From: Firmicutes bacterium CAG:822
Lineage (GTDB): Bacteria; Bacillota_I; Bacilli_A; RF39; UBA660
DNA: 61,561 nucleotides
Assembly (NCBI GenBank): GCA_000432855.1
Contig: HF990865.1
Span: forward strand, 1-61,561
Direction of reading: 5' to 3'
In this document: piece after piece, positions 51,497 through 61,561 of the stretch
Layout: the number at the start of each line of letters is the position of its first letter
How positions within the stretch are numbered: position 1 is the first letter of the stretch
Translations under genes and position numbers: made by a program
Notes under the pieces: generated by a model
The model's database searches: none
Seen by the model: only the letters and a program-made list of their open reading frames with translations
Told to the model about the DNA's origin: nothing

Positions 51497-52291
51497 TTAA
51501 AATGGGCTATCTTCTTCCACAATTCTTCGGCGTAAACTCATATTTTCCTGTACTTTATTATTTTTTTCTCTTAAATCGTAGTTATCTTGTATCTTAATTA
51601 ACTGGGCTTCTTTCATAAACTTATCGACCATTTTCTTATCTTGTTCTTTGGTTATATTAAAATAAAAGTTCATAATATCTCTATACTTATCTTCTAGTGC
51701 TAATCGTTTTTCATTACCTGTACTCTTTGCGTATCTTAATGCTGTTTTGCATTTCATATAAGTATTATATAAATCTTTTAAACTATAACCTTTCGGAACA
51801 ATGCCATTGCTATTATAATTACAAAACAATATTTCATCGGCTTGGTTAATAAAATATTCTGCTTTCTTAATATTGGTATTCTTCTTATATGTTTTCTTGT
51901 CATATAATTTAGTAACATCAAAATCTTTATATTTCATGCCACCATACCAATTCTTGTCTATGTAATTCTTTATTTCTTCTCTAAAAGCATAAGATGGCTT
52001 AGATACTAATAAAATATGTAAATGCCAATCTACCTCTATATTATTTTTATAAGGATGTATCTCTTTTACCTTTTTAGGGCGACCAACTTTCCCAGTATGT
52101 TCATAATGCACATAGGTACTATTGCCCTCGGTATTACTAATACATACCATTGCTGTTGCCGACCAATTCTTTTTCTTACAAATATATCTAATCTTTTCAA
52201 TTAGTCTTTTCGCATATCTTCTCGCCTCATCTTTATCTTTAAACTTAATATCAATATCAAAACTAGACATTCCTAACTTACTTTTTGCCAT
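51497..52291 (-). CDS. possible HUH-type replication/mobilisation initiator
   Basis: DWHLHILLVSKPSYAF..NYIDKNW resembles the HUH motif 2 of pC194-type Rep proteins, and a later Tyr lies in NIKKAEYFINQ. Weak motif-level evidence only. Confidence 0.3.
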   Translation of the reverse strand: MAKSKLGMSSFDIDIKFKDKDEARRYAKRLIEKIRYICKKKNWSATAMVCISNTEGNSTYVHYEHTGKVGRPKKVKEIHPYKNNIEVDWHLHILLVSKPSYAFREEIKNYIDKNWYGGMKYKDFDVTKLYDKKTYKKNTNIKKAEYFINQADEILFCNYNSNGIVPKGYSLKDLYNTYMKCKTALRYAKSTGNEKRLALEDKYRDIMNFYFNITKEQDKKMVDKFMKEAQLIKIQDNYDLREKNNKVQENMSLRRRIVEEDSPF

Positions 52292-52388
52292 TTTTCCACC
52301 ATTTTTACAAAAACTTAAATGTTAATGTGTTCTACCTTTCCTTATTTTATAAGCATTTTTTACATCATAAGTTTTAATGCCGGTGGGG

Positions 52389-52944
52389 CGGTATGCCTGC
52401 TATGACCTTAGAATATGCCTTAAATATTAATGGTATAAAAAGTGATGAAACAAATATTGACACCAGTATTGACTTTGCTTCTATGTCAGGTGCCTTCATC
52501 GGCGGCACTGGCGATTATGTCGCTCTATTTGAGCCAACCGCCTCAGAACTTGAAAAAGAAGGATATGGTCATATTGTCGCTTCTATTGGCGAATTAGGCG
52601 GCAATGTTCCATATACCACTTACAATGCTAAAAAAAGCTATATTGAACAAAATCCAGATGTCATTGAAGGCTTTACTAAAGCTATTCAAAAAGGTTTAGA
52701 CTATGTCCATAACCACACAAGTGAAGAAATAGCTAAAAACATCAAAGATTACTTCCCTGATACATCTGATGAAGACTTGATCACAATAGTTCAAAGGTAC
52801 AAAGATATCGATTCATGGTATGATACGACCTATATTTCTGAAGATGACTTTAAGCACATTCAAGAAATAGTTAAAAACGCTGGTCAGTTAGATGAAAATG
52901 CACCTTACTCAAAATTAGTCAATAACGAATACACTGAAAAATAA
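52389..52944 (+). pseudogene. ABC transporter SBP, 3' fragment
   Basis: GMPAMTLEYALNINGIKSDE..ALFEPTASELEKEGYGHIVASIG.. continues the 40953 fragment. Its stop overlaps the ATPase start (ATAATG). Confidence 0.8.
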
Positions 52945-53687
52945 TGGATATTTTAAAAGTTAAAGAATTAAGGAAAATTTATCACACTAAAAATAACGAA
53001 ATTTTAGCTGTGGATAATTTTTCTTTGAATTTAAAACAAGGTGAATTCATCGCCATTGTTGGACCTAGTGGTTGTGGTAAAAGTACCATACTTTCCATAT
53101 TATGTGGTTTAGATAAAGCCTCTGGTGGAACCATTGAAATTGATCAAAACTTAAAATTTGGTTACATGCTTCAAGGAGATAACCTCTTTGATTGGCGCAC
53201 CATATATAAGAATTGTTTAATCGGCTTAGAGCTTGAAAACAAACTAACTAAAGAAAACATTGAATATGTTAATAACTTATTAGATACATATGGATTAAAA
53301 GACTTTAAAAAAGCCTATCCTAATAATTTGTCTGGTGGTATGAGACAGAGAGTATCACTTATTAGAACTTTAGCTACTAAACCAGATATATTATTTCTAG
53401 ATGAACCATTTTCGGCTTTAGACTACCAAACTAGATTAGCCGTTTCCGATGATGTATATAAAATCATCAAAAAAGAGAAAAAAAGTGCAATTATGGTTAC
53501 CCATGACTTGTCTGAAGCTATTAGTATGGCTGATAGAGTAATTGTCATGTCACCAAGACCAAGTAAAATTAAAAGCATTTATGAAATAAAACTAACTGGT
53601 AAATCTACACCTATCCAAAATAGAAAAGCTAAAGAATTTGCTTATTATTATGACAAAATTTGGAAGGATATTGATTACCATGTATAG
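52944..53687 (+). CDS. ABC transporter ATP-binding protein (NitT/TauT family)
   Basis: GPSGCGKST Walker A, LSGGMRQRVSL signature, and ILFLDEPFSALD Walker B. Confidence 0.92.
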   Translation: MDILKVKELRKIYHTKNNEILAVDNFSLNLKQGEFIAIVGPSGCGKSTILSILCGLDKASGGTIEIDQNLKFGYMLQGDNLFDWRTIYKNCLIGLELENKLTKENIEYVNNLLDTYGLKDFKKAYPNNLSGGMRQRVSLIRTLATKPDILFLDEPFSALDYQTRLAVSDDVYKIIKKEKKSAIMVTHDLSEAISMADRVIVMSPRPSKIKSIYEIKLTGKSTPIQNRKAKEFAYYYDKIWKDIDYHV

Positions 53688-54465
53688 TAAAGAGCATAAA
53701 GAATATTTAAAAAGAATAAAAATAACCAATTTTCTAGTTCGTCTAACTCAAATATCAATAATTGTTTTATTTATCTTTATTTGGCAATATGCGGCTGATA
53801 ATAACCTTATTAATACTTTTATCGCCTCAAGTCCAAAATCAATCATAGAGACCATAATAAGCTTATATAAAGACGGTTCTTTATTTCATCACATCTGGAT
53901 TACCTTTTATGAAGTTATAATTAGTTTTTTAATTGGCACTATAGGTGGAATTATAATTGCCACTATTCTCTGGAGATTTAAATTCATATCTAGAGTCATC
54001 GATCCATATCTAACTATATTAAATAGTTTACCTAAAGTTTCTCTAGGACCAATTATAATTATTATTGCTGGAGCAAGTACTAATTCTATTATCATCATGG
54101 CTTTATTTATCTCCGTTATTGTAACAATAATAAACGTTCACCAAGCCTTTACTTCCACCGATGAAAATAAAATTAGATTGCTCAAAAGTTTTAAAGCTAA
54201 ACCCTATCAAATTTATTTTAAATTAATTTTACCAAGTAATTATAAAAATCTAATAAGTTCTTGCAAAGTAAATATTGGATTAGTATTTATCGGTGTTATT
54301 ATGGGAGAATTCTTAGTATCAAAAGCTGGTGTTGGATATCTAATTATGTATGGTTCACAAGTATTTAATTTAAATCTAGTAATGACAGGTATTATCTTGC
54401 TTGCTATCATGGCTAGTTTAATGTATTATTTAATTGTTTTCATAGAAAAAAGGCTAACAAAATAG
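53680..54465 (+). CDS. ABC transporter permease (NitT/TauT family)
   Basis: Start moved to the ATG overlapping the ATPase stop. Six-TM profile. Confidence 0.85.
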   Translation: MYSKEHKEYLKRIKITNFLVRLTQISIIVLFIFIWQYAADNNLINTFIASSPKSIIETIISLYKDGSLFHHIWITFYEVIISFLIGTIGGIIIATILWRFKFISRVIDPYLTILNSLPKVSLGPIIIIIAGASTNSIIIMALFISVIVTIINVHQAFTSTDENKIRLLKSFKAKPYQIYFKLILPSNYKNLISSCKVNIGLVFIGVIMGEFLVSKAGVGYLIMYGSQVFNLNLVMTGIILLAIMASLMYYLIVFIEKRLTK

Positions 54466-54532
54466 CCTTTTTTGGTTCTATAATAATATGACATTATTAT
54501 TTAACAAAAATTTTCTTGAATCTTTAGCTTTT

Positions 54533-55216
54533 TTAATTATTTGAACTAGGCATAAACGGAATTAATCTATTCGCAAAATCCTGGAAGTTTTGAGATTGAA
54601 TAATAACTTTACCAGGCCCTACTAACTTGGTTAAAAATAATCCCTCACCACCTAAGAAAATATTTCCAAGACCTTTAATAGTTTCTATTTCATAAGAAAC
54701 AGTTGGTTCAAAAGCTACAACATTTCCACTATCAACTTTTAATACTTCTCCAGGTGCCAAAACTTTTTCGATTGGATCACCGTCAACCTCTAAAAATAAA
54801 GTACCTTGACCAGTAGCCTTTTGTAAAATAAAACCTTCACCACCAAATAAACCAGCACTAAATCTTTTCGTAAAAGCCACTTTAGTATCAACTGATGCTT
54901 CCGCACACAAAAATGCACCTTTTTGAATCATTAGTCCATTACTTCCACTTAAATTCACTTGCATAATACTACCAGGTACTGTCGTTGCAAACGCTACCGT
55001 CGCACCATCTACAGTTGCTGTATAATGGGCCATAAATATTGACTCACCAGTAAACATTCTACCTAAACTGCGCATCACACCACCTTTAGCGTTAGTTTTC
55101 ATTTCAATACCTTCAGTTTGATATGCCATACCACCTGATTGTGTATATACTGTTTCCCCAGCTCTTAGCTTAAGCTCCACCATTGGAACCGTTTGACCTA
55201 CTATTCTACTTTCCAT
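54533..55216 (-). CDS. AIM24/TIGR00266-family protein
   Basis: Start moved to the ATG after TAGGAGG. ..SGGMAYQTEGIEMKT..GESIFMAHYTA..GGEGFILQKATGQGTLFLE. Confidence 0.75.
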   Translation of the reverse strand: MESRIVGQTVPMVELKLRAGETVYTQSGGMAYQTEGIEMKTNAKGGVMRSLGRMFTGESIFMAHYTATVDGATVAFATTVPGSIMQVNLSGSNGLMIQKGAFLCAEASVDTKVAFTKRFSAGLFGGEGFILQKATGQGTLFLEVDGDPIEKVLAPGEVLKVDSGNVVAFEPTVSYEIETIKGLGNIFLGGEGLFLTKLVGPGKVIIQSQNFQDFANRLIPFMPSSNN

Positions 55217-55288
55217 ACATAACCTCCTATTTTGATTATATAGTATCAAATATAATAAGTAAAGAAAAAAACTATGAAACTTCCATAG

Positions 55289-56284
55289 TTATTTCAAAGT
55301 ATCAACCGCTTTCGCATTTAAATCTAAACCAGCCACATCGCCACGTTTATAAGCATAATAAGCTGCCGCTCCAATCATAGCTGCATTATCCGTACAATAT
55401 TTCATCTCCGGAATAATTAAATTAATTCCTTCCTTTTCACACGCTTCAGTTAAACCTTTTCTAAGTCCTTTATTAGCGGCCACTCCCCCAGCCACAATTA
55501 AATTCTTAACATTATAATCTCCCAAAGCTTTCATCGTCTTTTTAACTAATATTTCTACTACCCTGTTTTGAAAAGAACATGCCATATTAGCTGGAATAAT
55601 TTCATTGCCTCTTTGTCTTTCATTATGCGCTAAATTGATTACCGCACTTTTAAGACCACTAAAACTAAAATTATAACTATCATCATTTAAAGGAAGAGGT
55701 AAATCATATGTATCTTCACCCTCAAAAGCTAGTTTATCGACAAGTGGTCCTCCAGGATAAGGTACATTAATAACCCTCGCTACTTTATCATAAGCCTCAC
55801 CAACAGCATCATCTAAAGTACCACCTAATTTTTCAAAACTATAATCTTCTTTCATATAAACAAGTTCTGTATGACCACCACTTACTACTAAAGCAATTAA
55901 CGGAAATTCAAGTCTTTTAACTAAATTGTTCGCATATATATGACCAGCAATATGATGAACTGGTATTAATGGTTTATTATAGATAAAAGCTAAAGTCTTC
56001 GCCGCCATTAAGCCAACTAATAAAGATCCTATTAAACCAGGCCCATAAGTCACAGCAATCGCATCTATGTCTTCCATTTTCATATTCGCCTTTTTTAATG
56101 CTTCATCAATCACTATTGTTATGTTTTCCACATGCATTCTGCTAGCTATCTCAGGAACTACCCCACCATAATTCGCATGCGTATCCATTTGTGACAAAAT
56201 AACTGTACTAATCTCTTCACACCCATCTTTAATAATACTTACACTTGTTTCATCACAACTTGATTCAATTGCTAAAATATACAT
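55289..56284 (-). CDS. tsaD: tRNA N6-adenosine threonylcarbamoyltransferase
   Basis: [18 protein letters not shown].., HHIAGH metal motif. Confidence 0.95.
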   Translation of the reverse strand: MYILAIESSCDETSVSIIKDGCEEISTVILSQMDTHANYGGVVPEIASRMHVENITIVIDEALKKANMKMEDIDAIAVTYGPGLIGSLLVGLMAAKTLAFIYNKPLIPVHHIAGHIYANNLVKRLEFPLIALVVSGGHTELVYMKEDYSFEKLGGTLDDAVGEAYDKVARVINVPYPGGPLVDKLAFEGEDTYDLPLPLNDDSYNFSFSGLKSAVINLAHNERQRGNEIIPANMACSFQNRVVEILVKKTMKALGDYNVKNLIVAGGVAANKGLRKGLTEACEKEGINLIIPEMKYCTDNAAMIGAAAYYAYKRGDVAGLDLNAKAVDTLK

Positions 56285-56288
56285 AATA

Positions 56289-56690
56289 TCACCTCACTTC
56301 TCTAACCATCAAATAAGCATCACCATCCACATAATAATTATGTCTTGTCGCTTTTATTTCAAATTTATTTTTTAAATAAAATTTAATAGCTACTTTATTA
56401 TTCACATTTACCTCTAAGCTAAAGTTTTCCACCATATTATTTTTTAAATCTTCTATAGCATAATCCAGTAACTTTTGACCAATACCTTTTCTTCTATATT
56501 GTTCATCCGTCACAATATAATTGAGTTCAGCTCTCTCATAAATCACACTATAAGAAATAAAACCAATAATATTATCTCCCTCCTTATAACAAAACATTTT
56601 CTCATAAGGAGAGTTTTCCACAATATAATTTGGAAAATACTTTTTAATAAAAGGTAATACTAAATTAATATCATTCACTTTCTCAATCAT
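56289..56690 (-). CDS. rimI: ribosomal-protein-alanine N-acetyltransferase (GNAT)
   Basis: GNAT motif [12 protein letters not shown]. Located between tsaB and tsaD. Confidence 0.75.
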   Translation of the reverse strand: MIEKVNDINLVLPFIKKYFPNYIVENSPYEKMFCYKEGDNIIGFISYSVIYERAELNYIVTDEQYRRKGIGQKLLDYAIEDLKNNMVENFSLEVNVNNKVAIKFYLKNKFEIKATRHNYYVDGDAYLMVREVR

Positions 56691-57276
56691 GACTTTTTAA
56701 TTTTTCCTCAGCTTCTGTTAATTTCAAATAATTAGGATTTATCGTATGTGGATTAACAGATTCATCATTTTCATGCTTCTTAACAACCTTTAAAACATCA
56801 ATATTTGGTTTTAAAGTTTCAAAATCAAAACTATCATAACTGATATATGGTTTCGCTAAACTATCATTCATTAAAACATAACTATCAGGATATACATTAT
56901 TCAAATCATTATCATATGTTCCAGCAAACACATACCCTCTTCGCGCATTAATCAATGCCGTTCCACCATTACCGCTTGCCATTACTTCCAAAGAAGAAAT
57001 CGGAACAATTGGAATGTTTAATGTATAAGCCATTGTCTTAGCCACTGTTAAACCAACCCTAATACCAGTAAAAGAACCAGGACCAGTTACTGCAAATATC
57101 TTGTCAATATCTTGTGGTTTTAATCCTACATTCTCAAAAGCTTCAGACAAAACAGGCATCATTTTACTAGACGTATCATGATTATCATTATTATTATAAA
57201 TATAAGCTATTTTACCATCATTAATAATAGCGACCACCAAATTAGTAGTCGCTGAATCTATAAATAAATATTTCAA
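56683..57276 (-). CDS. tsaB: tRNA threonylcarbamoyladenosine biosynthesis protein TsaB
   Basis: YLFIDSATTNLVVAI.. and GPGSFTGIRVGLT. Confidence 0.88.
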   Translation of the reverse strand: MKYLFIDSATTNLVVAIINDGKIAYIYNNNDNHDTSSKMMPVLSEAFENVGLKPQDIDKIFAVTGPGSFTGIRVGLTVAKTMAYTLNIPIVPISSLEVMASGNGGTALINARRGYVFAGTYDNDLNNVYPDSYVLMNDSLAKPYISYDSFDFETLKPNIDVLKVVKKHENDESVNPHTINPNYLKLTEAEEKLKSHD

Positions 57277-57722
57277 AGTACGGCCTCACATAATTCTTCA
57301 TATTCTTTGCCATAAGGAGTAACCACCAAAACTCTAGTATTCTCTCCAGCAATTTTAAATTTAATATCAAGTCTTTTTTCAGGTAAAATATCTTTAATCG
57401 TATTAGCCCATTCGATAATCACAACGCCACCTTTAGTAAAATAATCTTCAATTCCAACACCTTCAGTATTACCGTCTAAACGGTAAACATCCATGTGATA
57501 TAAAGGTAGCTCACCGTCATATTCTTTAATTATGTTAAAAGTTGGTGACGTAACTGTTTCAATAATTCCAAGCGCGTTTGCAAAACCTTTAGTAAAAATA
57601 GTTTTTCCACTACCAAGTTCACCATTTAAACAGATAACCATATTAGGAAACTTTTCTGATTCAAGATTTTGAGCTAACTCAATAGTATCCATCTCACTGC
57701 GAGTTGTTAATTTATATTCCAT
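57273..57722 (-). CDS. tsaE: tRNA threonylcarbamoyladenosine biosynthesis ATPase TsaE
   Basis: LNGELGSGKTIFTKG, SPTFNIIKEY and HMDVYRL. Confidence 0.9.
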   Translation of the reverse strand: MEYKLTTRSEMDTIELAQNLESEKFPNMVICLNGELGSGKTIFTKGFANALGIIETVTSPTFNIIKEYDGELPLYHMDVYRLDGNTEGVGIEDYFTKGGVVIIEWANTIKDILPEKRLDIKFKIAGENTRVLVVTPYGKEYEELCEAVL

Positions 57723-57905
57723 AAAATCACCAATAATAGTATATCAAAAAGATAAGAACTAAGACAATACTTTTATATGAATTTTAAAAATATCAAAAAG
57801 TAAATATATAATATAAACATGATGCAACTTTCAAAATGATATACTACGAACAATGACACCTTAGAATTACCAAAATATGGCAAAATATTAATAGATGGTG
57901 ATTAT

Positions 57906-58172
57906 ATGCAGTTTGATAGAAATGATGAAAATTATGTATATGGCTTTATCGGTAAAAATGTCAGAAAATATCGCAAAGCCAAAGGTTTAACTCAAGCCAA
58001 ATTAGCTGAAAAAGCTAACTATTCAAAACAATTTATTTCTAATATTGAAAACAACGTCCATCAGACTTTTTCCATTGGAACGCTATGGAGATTATCTTTA
58101 ATATTAGAAGTAGATATGTACAAATTATGTATTGAAGAAAAGAAAGAAGACGAATATGAAGAAATGTATTAG
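57906..58172 (+). CDS. XRE-family HTH protein
   Basis: IGKNVRKYRKAKGLTQAKLAEKANYSKQFISNIENN. Confidence 0.8.
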   Translation: MQFDRNDENYVYGFIGKNVRKYRKAKGLTQAKLAEKANYSKQFISNIENNVHQTFSIGTLWRLSLILEVDMYKLCIEEKKEDEYEEMY

Positions 58173-58193
58173 CGAAAACTAATACGTTTTTTT
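58166..58193 (+). terminator. terminator of the XRE gene
   Basis: Stem GTATTAG / CTAATAC followed by TTTTTTT. Confidence 0.65.
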
Positions 58194-58213
58194 ATACCAT
58201 TTTAAACAAAAAA

Positions 58214-58322
58214 AAGACTTGCAACGTCCTATTTTCGCATACACTATCGTCGGCGTAGAAGTGCTTAACTTCTGTGTTCGGGATGGGAACAGGTGTATCC
58301 ACTTCGCTATCGTTACAAATCA
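58214..58322 (-). rRNA. rrf: 5S rRNA
   Basis: The minus strand contains ..ACGATAGCGAAGTGGATACACCTGTTCCCATCCCGAACACAGAAGTTAAGCACTTCTACGCCGA... Ends are approximate. Confidence 0.9.
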
Positions 58323-58390
58323 AATATAGAGAAATAATTCTCTGAAAACATGGTAACGTAATAAATATCTCATTAGAGAAAACAATTTAT

Positions 58391-61309
<2,919 letters not shown>

Positions 61310-61504
61310 ACCATTTGATTGTTTTCCTAATTTGATGAGATATTCTAATACAATATACAAGTTACACTCATACATCATAATTACATTACCAAGTTTTCAA
61401 AGAACTATTTCCAGAAAAAAATTCTGTTTGAGAGAATGATCTCTCAAAACTAAGCAAAATGTTTTTAAATAGCTAGATACGTATAAATATAAATCTTTCT
61501 CCAT

Positions 61505-61561
61505 AGAAAGGAGGTGATCCATCCCCACCTTCCGGTAGGGATACCTTGTTACGACTTCACT
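61505..61561 (-). rRNA. rrs: 16S rRNA, 3' end only (gene continues beyond the window)
   Basis: Minus strand reads AGTGAAGTCGTAACAAGGTATCCCTACCGGAAGGTGGGGATGGATCACCTCCTTTCT. Confidence 0.95.

Larger units (their letters stand above)
41384..52388. mobile_element. ~11 kb integrated island (serine-recombinase type) inserted in the SBP gene
   Basis: Joining 41383 to 52389 restores ..GKHIIGGREG-GMPAMTLEYALN... The large serine recombinase gene ends 92 bp inside the left junction. A GG dinucleotide sits at both junctions (41382-41383 and 52387-52388). Boundaries are good to a few bp only. Confidence 0.8.

Noticed and set aside
61310-61504. Search for tRNA-Ile or tRNA-Ala genes in the 16S-23S spacer, and for tRNAs after the 5S gene.
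   Set aside because: No cloverleaf-compatible sequence or GGTTCGA-type T-loop was found. The spacer appears tRNA-free.

Overview
This is a 61.5 kb low-GC chromosomal segment from a Bacillota-type genome with standard code 11. An Erysipelotrichia-like origin is only a guess from gene content. Most genes are on the minus strand.

Housekeeping backbone:
- scpA/scpB, rodZ-like-pgsA-recA, RNase P RNA, gpsB, a compact alaS and frr.
- A fucO-FIST-aldehyde dehydrogenase operon and pflBA.
- hrcA-grpE-dnaK-pepF-dnaJ, ligA and pcrA.
- A NitT/TauT-type ABC transporter and tsaE-tsaB-rimI-tsaD.
- An rrn operon at the right edge (16S partial, 23S, 5S), with no spacer tRNA.

Accessory and unusual content:
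1. An ~11 kb island (about 41384-52388) is integrated by a large serine recombinase inside the ABC substrate-binding gene. It carries three tandem catalytically dead resolvase-domain paralogs and a second small resolvase. It also carries a stand-alone YADD reverse transcriptase with its own promoter and terminator. Other cargo is an ADP-ribosylglycohydrolase, a membrane protein, a PD-(D/E)XK-like nuclease, an XRE repressor and a possible HUH Rep.
2. Five translationally coupled, divergent paralogs of an unrecognised ~150-165 aa family lie at 38478-40859, next to an M23 peptidase.
3. A decayed Abi/ORF6N locus (21.1-23.3 kb) is bracketed by a 38-nt hairpin repeat that shows a compensatory base change.
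4. Several other pseudogenes are present: a GT2 glycosyltransferase, and a surface protein with three in-frame stops and no frameshift.
5. An AAA ATPase gene is bracketed by a duplicated terminator.

No CRISPR array was seen. All functional calls come from reading motifs in the translations; no database search was run.
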